Notes under the pieces: model-generated
What the model saw: only the letters and a program-made list of their open reading frames with translations
Told to the model about the DNA's origin: nothing
The model's database searches: none
DNA from: Candidatus Aminicenantales bacterium
GTDB taxonomy: Bacteria; Acidobacteriota; Aminicenantia; Aminicenantales; Saccharicenantaceae
Reading direction: 5' to 3'
Assembly (NCBI GenBank): GCA_041736225.1
Contig: JBGSUG010000018.1
Span: 1-46,428, forward strand
Length of the DNA stretch: 46,428 nucleotides
Part shown: in pieces, positions 32,613 to 41,141 of the stretch
Numbering within the stretch: the stretch's first letter is position 1
Layout: each line of letters opens with the position of its first letter
Program-made: the position numbers and the translations under genes

Positions 32613-33745
32613 GTCGTCCGCGTCTCCCGGGCAGGCGCAGCTGTGACGAGCGCTTCGATCACGCGCCCGGCCGTCTGCCCGTCCCAAAGAGGAGGCACCT
32701 GTCCGATGCGCTCGGGGCCCGCGAGCAGGATCTCGAGGTCGTCGAGAAGGCTATCGAGTCTCGTCAGCTTGTTGCTGCCCAATGTCACGGTGACAGGCCG
32801 CTCGGTATTGGGCCTGAGAGTCAGGCAGGGTGTCCGGAAGAAGGTCGCCTCCTCCTGGAGGCCTCCCGAATCCGTCAGCACGACCCGGGCGTTCTCGCAG
32901 AGACGGAGTGAAGCGTGGTAACCCAGGGGTTCGAGCAGGACCAAGCGGTGGCCCGCCGGAGAAAGGAGCCCGAACTCCGAGAGCATCTTCCGGGTGCGGG
33001 GATGGACGGGAAAAACCACGGGAAGACGTTCCGATATCTTTTCCAGACCGGTCATGAGAGTCTTCAAATTGTGACGGTCGTCCACATTGGCCGGCCGGTG
33101 GAGCGTGACGTAGATGAACCGGGAAGGTTCGAGCCTGAGATCTTCGAGAACGCCGCCGGCGCGGGCTTTCGAGAGATTGTCGATGAGCGAATCGATCATG
33201 ATGTTGCCGACGAGCTTGATCTTTTCCCGGGCAACGCCTTCCCGGAGCAGGTTCCGGTCGGCGTCTTCCGAAGGTGTCAGGAGCAGGTCGGCCAGGGCAT
33301 CGGTCACCAGGCGGTTGATCTCCTCCGGCATAGTCCGGTCGAAGCTGCGCAGGCCCGCCTCGACATGGGCGACCCGGATGCCCATCTTGGAACAGACCAG
33401 GGTGCAGGCCATCGTCGAGTTGACATCTCCGACCACGACGACCCAATCGGGCTTTTCCCGGTCGCAGACGGCCTCGAAGCCGGTGAGGATGGCGGCCGTC
33501 TGGGTGGCGTGGGACCCGGACCCGACGCCGAGATTGATGTCCGGATGGGGGATGCCGAGCTCCCTGAAAAAGACTTCGGACATGTTCTCGTCGTAGTGCT
33601 GGCCGGTGTGAACGAGCAGGGCGTCGATGCGCGCCGTTCCCCGGTCTCCGAACGCGTTCTCCCGGACGATCCGCTTCATGAGCGGCGCGATCTTCATGAA
33701 GTTCGGGCGCGCCCCCGCGACGATGATCAGCTTCAGACGGCTCAT
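32609..33745 (-). CDS. wecB: UDP-N-acetylglucosamine 2-epimerase (non-hydrolysing)
   Basis: MSRLKLIIVAGARPNFMKIAPL, LVHTGQHYD, VVVVGDVNST, VAHVEAGLRS and VLTDSGGLQEE. GGAGGA lies 7 nt upstream of ATG 33745. Confidence 0.9.
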   Translation of the reverse strand: MSRLKLIIVAGARPNFMKIAPLMKRIVRENAFGDRGTARIDALLVHTGQHYDENMSEVFFRELGIPHPDINLGVGSGSHATQTAAILTGFEAVCDREKPDWVVVVGDVNSTMACTLVCSKMGIRVAHVEAGLRSFDRTMPEEINRLVTDALADLLLTPSEDADRNLLREGVAREKIKLVGNIMIDSLIDNLSKARAGGVLEDLRLEPSRFIYVTLHRPANVDDRHNLKTLMTGLEKISERLPVVFPVHPRTRKMLSEFGLLSPAGHRLVLLEPLGYHASLRLCENARVVLTDSGGLQEEATFFRTPCLTLRPNTERPVTVTLGSNKLTRLDSLLDDLEILLAGPERIGQVPPLWDGQTAGRVIEALVTAAPARETRTT

Positions 33746-33776
33746 GGGCGGATCCTCCGATGTCGGCCCTTCAGGG

Positions 33777-35828
33777 TCAATTGTTGGGCGTTCCCGCCTG
33801 TCGGCGGGGCCGGACGCGTTCGATCTGGACGATATTCTCGATGTGATCGCAGATGTCCTCGAGGGCCCCGCGGGCCCCTGTGTCCGGCGAACGGTCCTTG
33901 TCCCGGCGGACGATGCGGATCTTCGACCAGACCTCTTCCTTGGATCGGATCATGCCCAACCGCCCCTCCTCCTCGAGCATGATGTCCACGGCCCCGGTCC
34001 TGCCCCGGAAGATGCTGTAAACGGGCACGCCCAGGGCCGCGGCCTCGCGGTTCATCGTCCCGCCGCCGCTCACCACGAGGTCCGAGATCCAGAGCAGGTC
34101 CAAGCCGTCGACGGCCCGGCCCGGAACGACCGTCCGGCCGTTCTCGAACCATTCCGGGAATTTCGCCCTCATGTCGAGCTCCTGATGGGCGTTGCGGGGC
34201 AGGAGGACGGCTTGGACACCCGGCGTCCGGCAAACCCGGGCCATGAGCTCGTGGAACAGGACATCGCTCTCGGGATTGTAGTAATGGGCCTCGTCGGCGG
34301 GCGGCCGCACGGTGACGATGATCCTGTCCGATCGCAGTCCCAATTCCTCTGCGAGGAGGCCCGACGGCACGAAATCGGGGACATAGACGTCTTCCTTGAT
34401 CCCCCTGTAGCAGCGGGCCCGGCCGGGCTTCGACGGCAGGCTGTCCGGCGTCAGGGCTTCGGGCATGATCGTCCATCGCGGGTTGGATGGAAAAGGCACC
34501 CGGGCGAATTCATAGTCGAGGATCATCACGGTCGGGACGCCGAGAAGGTTGCTGAGGATGTTCTGAGAGCGGGACCCGTGGGAGACCGACAGCCCCGGTC
34601 TATGCCTGAGATAGAAAGGCAGCAACTGCAGGGCCCGGATGAAGAGCCCGCTGACCTTCAAGAGCAGGTTCTTGCCGTAATGGCGCCCGATCCTCCGGAC
34701 GCTCAGCCCCTTCTTCTCGGCGAGATCGCAGACCTGGAAGGCGTCCCGGGCGGACAGGACCACTTCGTGGCCGCGCCGCTCGAGCTCGCGGATGATGGGG
34801 ACGAAGAAGGGGACGTGGGGCGTATTGTCGAGATCGATCCATATCTTCACGGCTGGCGCGGCGGGCGGACCGGCCCGCAGGGGAGCGCGTTCGGTTGGCG
34901 ATGGCGCGGATCCGGGCGCCGCCGCCGTCCTCCAGAAACGGGCCACTTCCCGGGGCAGTGCCTGCCAGTACCGGCCCGCGTATCGGGTCCGGATGTAATC
35001 GAGGAGCTCGGCGTACCGCCCGACGGGATACTCTTCGCGTCCGCCGGCGGCCCCGTCGAAGATCATGTAGTCGGGATGGGTGTTGAGCGCGACCATGCCG
35101 CCCTTCGCCACGATCCAGTCGAGCTTCTGCTTCCAGATCCGGATGTCCTTCTCCCTGAGGATGATGAACAGCCCGTGGTCCTGAGGCAGGGTGTACGGCA
35201 GCTCGACGTAGTTCCTGGTGCCGGCGTCGTTGCCGCTCAGGAAGGGGAAGATGGAACCGACACCGTCCGACTGGGGCTCGAACGGATCCGTGTCGAACGT
35301 CGAGCAGGAGTACTCGATATCGAGCTCGGCGATCCAATTCAGCTTGCTGAGCATGGATGGCGAGCTGAAGCCCACCGCGTCCCACCGGCGGAGATAGCCA
35401 TCGATCCGGGGCACCTTGGCCCGGAATTCCGACGGACGCCGGAAGAGCTTGCCGTCGTGTTTGAGGCCGTGCACGCCGACTTCGAACCCGGCTTCGGACA
35501 GTGCCCGGACGATACGCGACGGCGTCGGATAATCCTCGGGCACAAAATTGAATGCGGACCGGAAGCCCATCCTCCGGTCGACGTCCATCAGTTGCAGGCA
35601 TCGTTTCAAGCCCTTCAAACTGTCGACGTCGTGGTAGAGGACCAGGGCGAAGTCCTTGCCATCGGGCCAGCCGTTCCAGCCTCGGGGAGATTTCGCGGAA
35701 TTCGGGTCGATGGGCCAACGATCCTTGACGCGCCTGCGCTTTTGGGAGGCGATCGCCCGCCGTATCGATATCTGGAGCCCTCGCGGGATGACCGGCTTGA
35801 CCTGGTAGAATATATCGATGGCCTTCAT
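33777..35828 (-). CDS. Two-domain fusion: N-terminal polysaccharide-deacetylase-like (CE4-related) domain plus C-terminal DUF354 (GT-B / 2-epimerase-like fold) domain
   Basis: N-terminal half: FALVLYHDVDS, GFEVGVHGLKHDG and VALNTHPDY. C-terminal half, from about aa 325: VKIWIDLDNTPHVPFFVPIIRELERRGHEVVLSARD, SHGSRSQNILSNLLGVPTVMILDYE and LVVSGGGTMNREAAALGVPVYSIF, matching my recollection of DUF354. Confidence 0.75.
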   Translation of the reverse strand: MKAIDIFYQVKPVIPRGLQISIRRAIASQKRRRVKDRWPIDPNSAKSPRGWNGWPDGKDFALVLYHDVDSLKGLKRCLQLMDVDRRMGFRSAFNFVPEDYPTPSRIVRALSEAGFEVGVHGLKHDGKLFRRPSEFRAKVPRIDGYLRRWDAVGFSSPSMLSKLNWIAELDIEYSCSTFDTDPFEPQSDGVGSIFPFLSGNDAGTRNYVELPYTLPQDHGLFIILREKDIRIWKQKLDWIVAKGGMVALNTHPDYMIFDGAAGGREEYPVGRYAELLDYIRTRYAGRYWQALPREVARFWRTAAAPGSAPSPTERAPLRAGPPAAPAVKIWIDLDNTPHVPFFVPIIRELERRGHEVVLSARDAFQVCDLAEKKGLSVRRIGRHYGKNLLLKVSGLFIRALQLLPFYLRHRPGLSVSHGSRSQNILSNLLGVPTVMILDYEFARVPFPSNPRWTIMPEALTPDSLPSKPGRARCYRGIKEDVYVPDFVPSGLLAEELGLRSDRIIVTVRPPADEAHYYNPESDVLFHELMARVCRTPGVQAVLLPRNAHQELDMRAKFPEWFENGRTVVPGRAVDGLDLLWISDLVVSGGGTMNREAAALGVPVYSIFRGRTGAVDIMLEEEGRLGMIRSKEEVWSKIRIVRRDKDRSPDTGARGALEDICDHIENIVQIERVRPRRQAGTPNN

Positions 35829-35989
35829 AAGGCTGTATCTCGACCTTTCTCAAAAAAATTTAGTCGCCGAAACAGCAAATTCGACATAACTCGCGTGAAT
35901 AAATTAGCCCAACGGGTCTGGAATTACAAGTGACCATGTGTTTTGGTGTATCGATATTGAACAGTGTTTCCTTTATGAGTTGCCGCGGA

Positions 35990-35998
35990 TGGTATGAT
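35990..35998 (+). promoter_or_regulatory. Candidate extended -10 promoter (TGnTATGAT) for the glycoside-hydrolase gene
   Basis: TGGTATGAT at 35990-35998. ATG 36008 follows 9 nt after the hexamer, implying a leaderless or near-leaderless mRNA. No good -35 element. Confidence 0.3.
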
Positions 35999-36007
35999 AG
36001 ACGGGAG

Positions 36008-37372
36008 ATGGAAGGATCGAGACACGGTCTTCGAATGTTCTGGGCTGTCCTCAGTTTGTCCTTGCTCGCCGCGGCTTGCGGCGTCGGCGGGGGAGGGGCC
36101 GGCGATTCGGCCTACCCGCTGAAAGTCGGCCCCGGCGGTCGCTACCTGGCCGATCAGCAGGGGAACCCCTTCTTGATCATCGGGGACGCCCCCCAGGCGC
36201 TTATGGTCAACGCCTCGGTCGGCGAAGCGGAGTTCCTGCTGGCCAACCGGGCCTCCCACGGCTTCAATACCGTCTGGATCATGCTCATCTGCAACGCTTA
36301 TTCGGGAGGCCGGGCCGATGCCAGCACCTTTGACGGCCTCACGCCGTTCACGGCCGCCAACGACCTCTCCACTCCCCGCGAGGCCTATTTCGCCCGATGC
36401 GACGCGGTCATCCGGGCCGCCGCGGATCAAGGCCTCAACGTCATTCTCGATCCCGTCGATACGGGGGGGTTCATGCCGGTCCTGCGGCAGAACGGGCTCG
36501 AAAAGTGCCGGACATACGGCCGCTATCTCGGAGATCGCTACAAGGACTTCGACAACATCATCTGGATGTCGGGGAGCGACTTCCAGAGCTGGCGAACGGC
36601 CTCTGATAACGCTCTGGTCAAGGCCGTCGCCGACGGCATTCGGGAAACGGACTCCCGGCACATCCACACGCTCCAACTCGACTACTTCGTCAGCAGCTCA
36701 CTCGATAACAGCGCCTGGTCGGGCCTGGTCACGCTCAATGCCGCCTATACCTACTATCCGGCCTACGCGGAGGTCCTCGAGGGATACAACCGTGCCCCGG
36801 CCGTCCCGGTTTTCCTGATCGAATCCGATTACGAGGGAGAGAACGGCGCCGATGCGGAACGGCTCCGTCGGCAGGAATACTGGACGCTGCTATCGGGGGC
36901 TTGCGGGCATGTCTTCGGAAACGCCTTCGTCTGGCCGCTTATGACGGGTTGGGAGGACAATCTCGATACGCCGGGGGTCCTCCAGTTCGGCCATTGCCGG
37001 GCCCTGTTCGCATCGCGGCCCTGGCATTCCCTCGTTCCGGACCAAACCCATATGCTGGTGACCGCCGGGTACGGTTCGTTCTGGTCGGGCGGGGTGCCGA
37101 GTTCCGGCATCAGCCAGAACGACTATGTCGCGGCAGCCTCCACGCCCGACGGGAAACTCGCGATCGTCTACATCCCCACGTCGCGGACTATCGCGGTCGA
37201 CCTGGCCCGTTTGTCCGGCAGCGTGTCAGCCCGCTGGTACGATCCGACGACGGGGGCCGCCCAATCGATCTCCGGTTCTCCCTTCCCGAACGTCGGCCCC
37301 CGGAACTTCACGACCCCCGGCCTACACGCCGACGGAGCGGGGGACTGGGTGCTGATCCTCGAATCGCTCTGA
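36008..37372 (+). CDS. DUF4038 / GH140-like glycoside hydrolase with C-terminal collagenase-type beta-sandwich; lipoprotein-like signal
   Basis: MFWAVLSLSLLAAAC is lipobox-like. GNPFLIIGDAPQAL, SHGFNTVWIML, AADQGLNVILDP and DNIIWMSGSDF fit the (beta/alpha)8 DUF4038 pattern. C-terminal ARWYDPTTGA...GDWVLILE. Start uncertain: ATG 36008, or ATG 36035, or GTG 35930. Confidence 0.7.
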   Translation: MEGSRHGLRMFWAVLSLSLLAAACGVGGGGAGDSAYPLKVGPGGRYLADQQGNPFLIIGDAPQALMVNASVGEAEFLLANRASHGFNTVWIMLICNAYSGGRADASTFDGLTPFTAANDLSTPREAYFARCDAVIRAAADQGLNVILDPVDTGGFMPVLRQNGLEKCRTYGRYLGDRYKDFDNIIWMSGSDFQSWRTASDNALVKAVADGIRETDSRHIHTLQLDYFVSSSLDNSAWSGLVTLNAAYTYYPAYAEVLEGYNRAPAVPVFLIESDYEGENGADAERLRRQEYWTLLSGACGHVFGNAFVWPLMTGWEDNLDTPGVLQFGHCRALFASRPWHSLVPDQTHMLVTAGYGSFWSGGVPSSGISQNDYVAAASTPDGKLAIVYIPTSRTIAVDLARLSGSVSARWYDPTTGAAQSISGSPFPNVGPRNFTTPGLHADGAGDWVLILESL

Positions 37373-37392
37373 GGGTCCGGGGCCGCGTTCCC

Positions 37393-37421
37393 TTGACATC
37401 CCGGGGACTGTGAAATAAGAT
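37393..37421 (+). promoter_or_regulatory. Candidate sigma70-type promoter for the ACP cassette
   Basis: Consensus TTGACA (37393-37398), 17-nt spacer, TAAGAT (37416-37421). ATG 37437 lies 15 nt after the -10 hexamer. Confidence 0.45.
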
Positions 37422-37436
37422 TTTTCCTGAAGAGCC

Positions 37437-38477
37437 ATGGCCAAGTGCATGATCCCGGGCGCCGCCATCAAAGGCATCGTCTCGGCAGTCCCATCGCGTC
37501 GCTTCGATAATTTCGAAGACACGTCCGGCTTCACCGCGGAAGAGGTCCGCAAGGTCGTCGGCATGGCCGGCGTCAAGAGCCGTAGACTGGCCGGCGAATC
37601 CGTCTGCAGCAGCGATCTCTGCCAGGCCGCGGCCGAATCGCTCCTGGAGAGGGTCGGATGGGAGCGGGATTCCGTCGACGCCCTGATCATGGTCACCCAG
37701 TCGCCCGACTATCTTCTGCCCTCGACGGCCTGCCTTTTGCAGGCCAAGCTGCGCCTGCCGACATCCTGCGCCGCGTTCGACGTCGGCCTGGGCTGTTCGG
37801 GTTATCCCTACGGGCTTTATCTCGGGGCGCTCATGATCTCCCACGGGGGTATCCGCAGAGCCCTGGTGCTGCACGGAGAGACCCCGGCCCGTTTCGCCGA
37901 CGAGAGCGACCGCTCCGTTTCGCTGTTGTTCGGCGATGCCGGGTCGGCAACAGCGCTGGAGGCGGACCCGCTCGGGAACCCCTCACCTTGGGCCTTCGTT
38001 CTTCACACGGACGGCAGCGGGTATGAAGACCTCATCATCCCCGGCGGGGGCTTCCGGGAGCGGTTCCCCGAAGACCGGCGGAGGCACTACGTCTCGATGA
38101 ACGGGCCCAACATCTTCAGCTTTTCGATCAAGCGGGTCCCGGCGGTGATCCAGGACACCTTGGCCCTCGCCGGAACGACTAAAGAGGATGTGGACTATTA
38201 CATCCTCCATCAATCCAATCAGTTCATCATGAAGCATCTCGCCAAGAAGCTGGGTATCCCCGAGGGGAAGATGCCGCTGACCTTGGGGGATTTCGGCAAT
38301 ACAGGCGGGCCCTCGGTGCCGCTCACCGTGACCCGGGCCGGCCTGGTCAGGCCGCCCGACCGTCCACTGACCCTGATGCTTGTCGGCTACGGAGTCGGGT
38401 TGTCGTGGGGATCCGCCTTGGTCGGCCTGGCCCCGGATGCCGCGCTCGGCCACGTTGAGCTCGAGAACCGGGATTGA
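37437..38477 (+). CDS. 3-oxoacyl-ACP synthase III (FabH-like KAS III)
   Basis: The Cys-His-Asn triad is recognisable: AFDVGLGCSGYPYGL, YILHQSNQFIMKH and GDFGNTGGPSVPL. Confidence 0.85.
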   Translation: MAKCMIPGAAIKGIVSAVPSRRFDNFEDTSGFTAEEVRKVVGMAGVKSRRLAGESVCSSDLCQAAAESLLERVGWERDSVDALIMVTQSPDYLLPSTACLLQAKLRLPTSCAAFDVGLGCSGYPYGLYLGALMISHGGIRRALVLHGETPARFADESDRSVSLLFGDAGSATALEADPLGNPSPWAFVLHTDGSGYEDLIIPGGGFRERFPEDRRRHYVSMNGPNIFSFSIKRVPAVIQDTLALAGTTKEDVDYYILHQSNQFIMKHLAKKLGIPEGKMPLTLGDFGNTGGPSVPLTVTRAGLVRPPDRPLTLMLVGYGVGLSWGSALVGLAPDAALGHVELENRD

Positions 38478-38525
38478 ATGGACCGGCCCGGCCGGATCTA
38501 TTAGCGATGAGGAGCGCCTGAGAAA

Positions 38526-38774
38526 TTGACCAAGGCTACCGACGAGATCCTGGCTTGGGTCGCCGAGATCTTCGAGACCCCTTTGGAGAAGATCCGTCTC
38601 GAAACGAAAAGGGAGGACATCGAGGCCTGGGACTCTCTCGGGATCCTGACCTTGATCGCCCGAATGGACGAAGACTTCCACATACTCCTGACGGATGAGG
38701 AGATACAGCGGCTGAGATCCGTCGGGGACATCGTCGACTTTCTCAACCAACGCGACGAGAACCCCGGCCCTTAA
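38526..38774 (+). CDS. Acyl carrier protein (dedicated, non-housekeeping type)
   Basis: 82 aa and acidic, with the phosphopantetheine attachment motif AWDSLGILTLI. TTG start as tracked (uncertain). Confidence 0.75.
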   Translation: MTKATDEILAWVAEIFETPLEKIRLETKREDIEAWDSLGILTLIARMDEDFHILLTDEEIQRLRSVGDIVDFLNQRDENPGP

Positions 38775-38778
38775 GACC

Positions 38779-39252
38779 ATGCGCTTCCTGTTCGTCGACC
38801 GCATCCTCAGGCTCGAACCGGGAAGATCCATCGAAGCGGAACGCGTCTTTCCCGGCGATCTGGATTTTTTCCGCGACCATTTCCCCGGCTTCCCGGTCGT
38901 ACCCGGAGTCCTGCTGACGGAGATGATGGGCCAGGCGGCAGCCATGTGCCTGAACGCCGAGATTCCGGAGAAGGCGCGGGGCCGGGCCGTCCTGGCCCAG
39001 ATCCGTTCGGCGTCCTTCCGGGACTGGGTCAAGCCGGACGAAAAGATCTCGATCAAGGCGGAGATCCGGACGAGCCGCCCGGAATTGGCGACGGCCGTCT
39101 GTTCGGCCGAGGTCCGGGGGAGCAAAGTCTCGACCGCCGACCTCCTTTTTACCTTTTTACCGAAGGAACGGACCTCTCCGGACGACCGCGACGAGGTCCT
39201 GGAATCCTTTCTGGCTTCCTCAGGCCGGGTGAAAGACGGGCCCCATGGATAA
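38779..39252 (+). CDS. FabZ/FabA-like hotdog-fold 3-hydroxyacyl-ACP dehydratase
   Basis: FFRDHFPGFPVVPGVLLTEMMGQAA carries the catalytic His and Glu context of FabZ. Confidence 0.8.
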   Translation: MRFLFVDRILRLEPGRSIEAERVFPGDLDFFRDHFPGFPVVPGVLLTEMMGQAAAMCLNAEIPEKARGRAVLAQIRSASFRDWVKPDEKISIKAEIRTSRPELATAVCSAEVRGSKVSTADLLFTFLPKERTSPDDRDEVLESFLASSGRVKDGPHG

Positions 39253-40009
39253 GACGTTCGGCCTCGAAGGCAAGAACTTTCTGATCGCCGGCGGGACGCG
39301 GGGCATCGGGCGGGCCATTTCGCTGCAGTTCGCCCGGTCCGGCGCGCGAGTCGTCGCCAACTATGTTCGGGACGAGCAGGCGGCCCAGGCCCTCCTGGCG
39401 GAAGCCGCGCGGGAAGCCTTGGGCCTGACCGTTTGCCGGGCCGATCTGACGAGCGCCAAAGGCCTGGCCAAGCTGGATAAAGAGGTCGAAACCGCGCTGA
39501 CCGATCTCTCCGGCCTGGTCTTCTGCGCGGCCACGGGCGTTCACCGTTCCTTCGAAGGCATGACCGACCGTCACTTCGACTGGACTTTTTCGCTGAATGT
39601 CAGGGCTTTCTTCGACCTGGCATTGCTTTTGCTCCCGAGATTCCGCGAGTCTGCCTCCATCGTTGTCCTGTCTTCCCAGGGCGCACGCCAGGTCGTGCCT
39701 TCGTATTCGCTGGTCGGCGCCTCCAAGGCGGCTTTGGAATCGCTGGCCCGGCACATGGCCGTGGAGCTGGCGCCTCGCGGTATCCGGGTCAACATCCTGT
39801 CGCCCGGCGCTGTCCGAACGGGGGCCTGGTCCGCGATGCCCGACGGGGAGGCCAGACTGGCGGGAGCGGCAAGAAGGTCGCCGCTCGAAAGACTGACTTC
39901 TCCGGAGGAGGCGGCTTTAGCCGCGCAATTCCTCTGCTCGGATGCCGCCCGGGGTATCGTCGGGCATACGCTCGTCGTCGACGGCGGCATGAGCCTCATT
40001 GGGGAGTAG
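39245..40009 (+). CDS. Short-chain dehydrogenase/reductase (FabG-like 3-oxoacyl-ACP reductase)
   Basis: FLIAGGTRGIGRAI, VLSSQG, YSLVGASKAALE (Y-x-K) and NILSPGAVRT. 8-nt overlap with the upstream gene. Confidence 0.85.
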   Translation: MDKTFGLEGKNFLIAGGTRGIGRAISLQFARSGARVVANYVRDEQAAQALLAEAAREALGLTVCRADLTSAKGLAKLDKEVETALTDLSGLVFCAATGVHRSFEGMTDRHFDWTFSLNVRAFFDLALLLLPRFRESASIVVLSSQGARQVVPSYSLVGASKAALESLARHMAVELAPRGIRVNILSPGAVRTGAWSAMPDGEARLAGAARRSPLERLTSPEEAALAAQFLCSDAARGIVGHTLVVDGGMSLIGE

Positions 40010-40010
40010 G

Positions 40011-41138
40011 ATGCTCATCCCGAAACCTCGCTTTCCCGTCAGGCAGATGCTCCTCATGGGCTGGCTGCCGGGTTTCCTGAAAAAGGCCCTTTACCGGCTC
40101 AAGGGCTACCGGATCGGCAAAAGAGTCTCCATCGGCTTCGGATCAGTCGTGATCGGCGAAGAGGTCTCCATAGGGGATCACGCTTCGATCGGCTTCCTGT
40201 CTTTCGTTCGCGGCCGGCGGATCCGGATCGGAGATCATGTCCAGATCGGGGCGACCACGTTCATCGACACTCCCCACTTCGAGATCGGCGACGGCAGCAA
40301 GATCAACGAACAGGTCTTCGTCGGAGGCCTCCAATTCCCGGATTCCCGGCTTATCATCGGCCGGAACTGCCAGATCATGCAGATGTCCTTCATCAATCCG
40401 GCCCGGTCCATCACGATCGGGGACGACAGCGGCATCGGCGGGGACTGCCTCCTCTTCGGTCACACCTCTTGGCTAAGCCAGCTCGAGGGGTACAACGTGG
40501 ACTTTCAGCCCATCGAGATCGGCAACAGCGTGTCGTTGTCCTGGCGCGTCTTCGTCCTGCCGGGGGCCAAGATCGGGGATGGGGCCGTGATCGGGGCCAA
40601 CTCCCTCGTCAATCACGTCATTCCGCCGAAGTGCCTGGCCGTCGGCTTCCCGGCCAGGGTCGTGAGCAAATTCCCCGATTTCCCGAGGGATCTTTCGATC
40701 GGAGAAAAGGCGGGCCTTTTCGATGACATGATCAGGGAGATGATCGCCTACTTCCGGAATTCGGGACTGGCCTGCGAGGGGACGGGGCCCGGATACGTCG
40801 TTTTCAAGGCGGGCAGGCACGGCTTGAAGCGCTCCCGGAAATGGCGCCTTCTCGCGGCCGCGGCGCCCGTCGCGGGAGCATCCTGCGACCTGCCGTCAGG
40901 GGATGTCGACGTCCTGGTGAGCTTCGGCCGGATCGCACCTGACGAAAGGCGGAGACTCGACGAGAGCGGAACGGTCTGGTTCGACGTCGATGTCAAGGAA
41001 CAGGCTTTCGCGACCAACGACCTGGCGGAGGACGTGGCCCTCTTCCTCCGGCGCTACGGCATCCGGTTCTTTCGTGACAAGGGAGGACCGCCGGCCCGCC
41101 GAACGGATGGCGCTCCCAAGCCCGTCCATAAGAGATGA
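40011..41138 (+). CDS. Left-handed beta-helix (hexapeptide-repeat) acyltransferase with an uncharacterised C-terminal extension of about 170 aa
   Basis: Successive hexapeptide repeats: IGKRVSIGFGSVVIGEEVSIGDHASIG, IRIGDHVQIG, ITIGDDSGIGGDCLL and AKIGDGAVIGANSLV. ATG 40011 follows the stop at 40007-40009 and a GGGGAG SD, and is preferred over TTG 39999. Confidence 0.8.
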   Translation: MLIPKPRFPVRQMLLMGWLPGFLKKALYRLKGYRIGKRVSIGFGSVVIGEEVSIGDHASIGFLSFVRGRRIRIGDHVQIGATTFIDTPHFEIGDGSKINEQVFVGGLQFPDSRLIIGRNCQIMQMSFINPARSITIGDDSGIGGDCLLFGHTSWLSQLEGYNVDFQPIEIGNSVSLSWRVFVLPGAKIGDGAVIGANSLVNHVIPPKCLAVGFPARVVSKFPDFPRDLSIGEKAGLFDDMIREMIAYFRNSGLACEGTGPGYVVFKAGRHGLKRSRKWRLLAAAAPVAGASCDLPSGDVDVLVSFGRIAPDERRRLDESGTVWFDVDVKEQAFATNDLAEDVALFLRRYGIRFFRDKGGPPARRTDGAPKPVHKR

Positions 41139-41141
41139 CGC

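Noticed and set aside
32915-35933. Plus-strand ORFs 32915..33982 and 33627..35933 (768 aa), and minus-strand 34600..35853 (417 aa)
   Set aside because: They are antisense to, or out of frame with, wecB and the CE4::DUF354 fusion. They are extremely R/P/G/D/E-rich with no recognisable domains, whereas the chosen frames carry clear family motifs.
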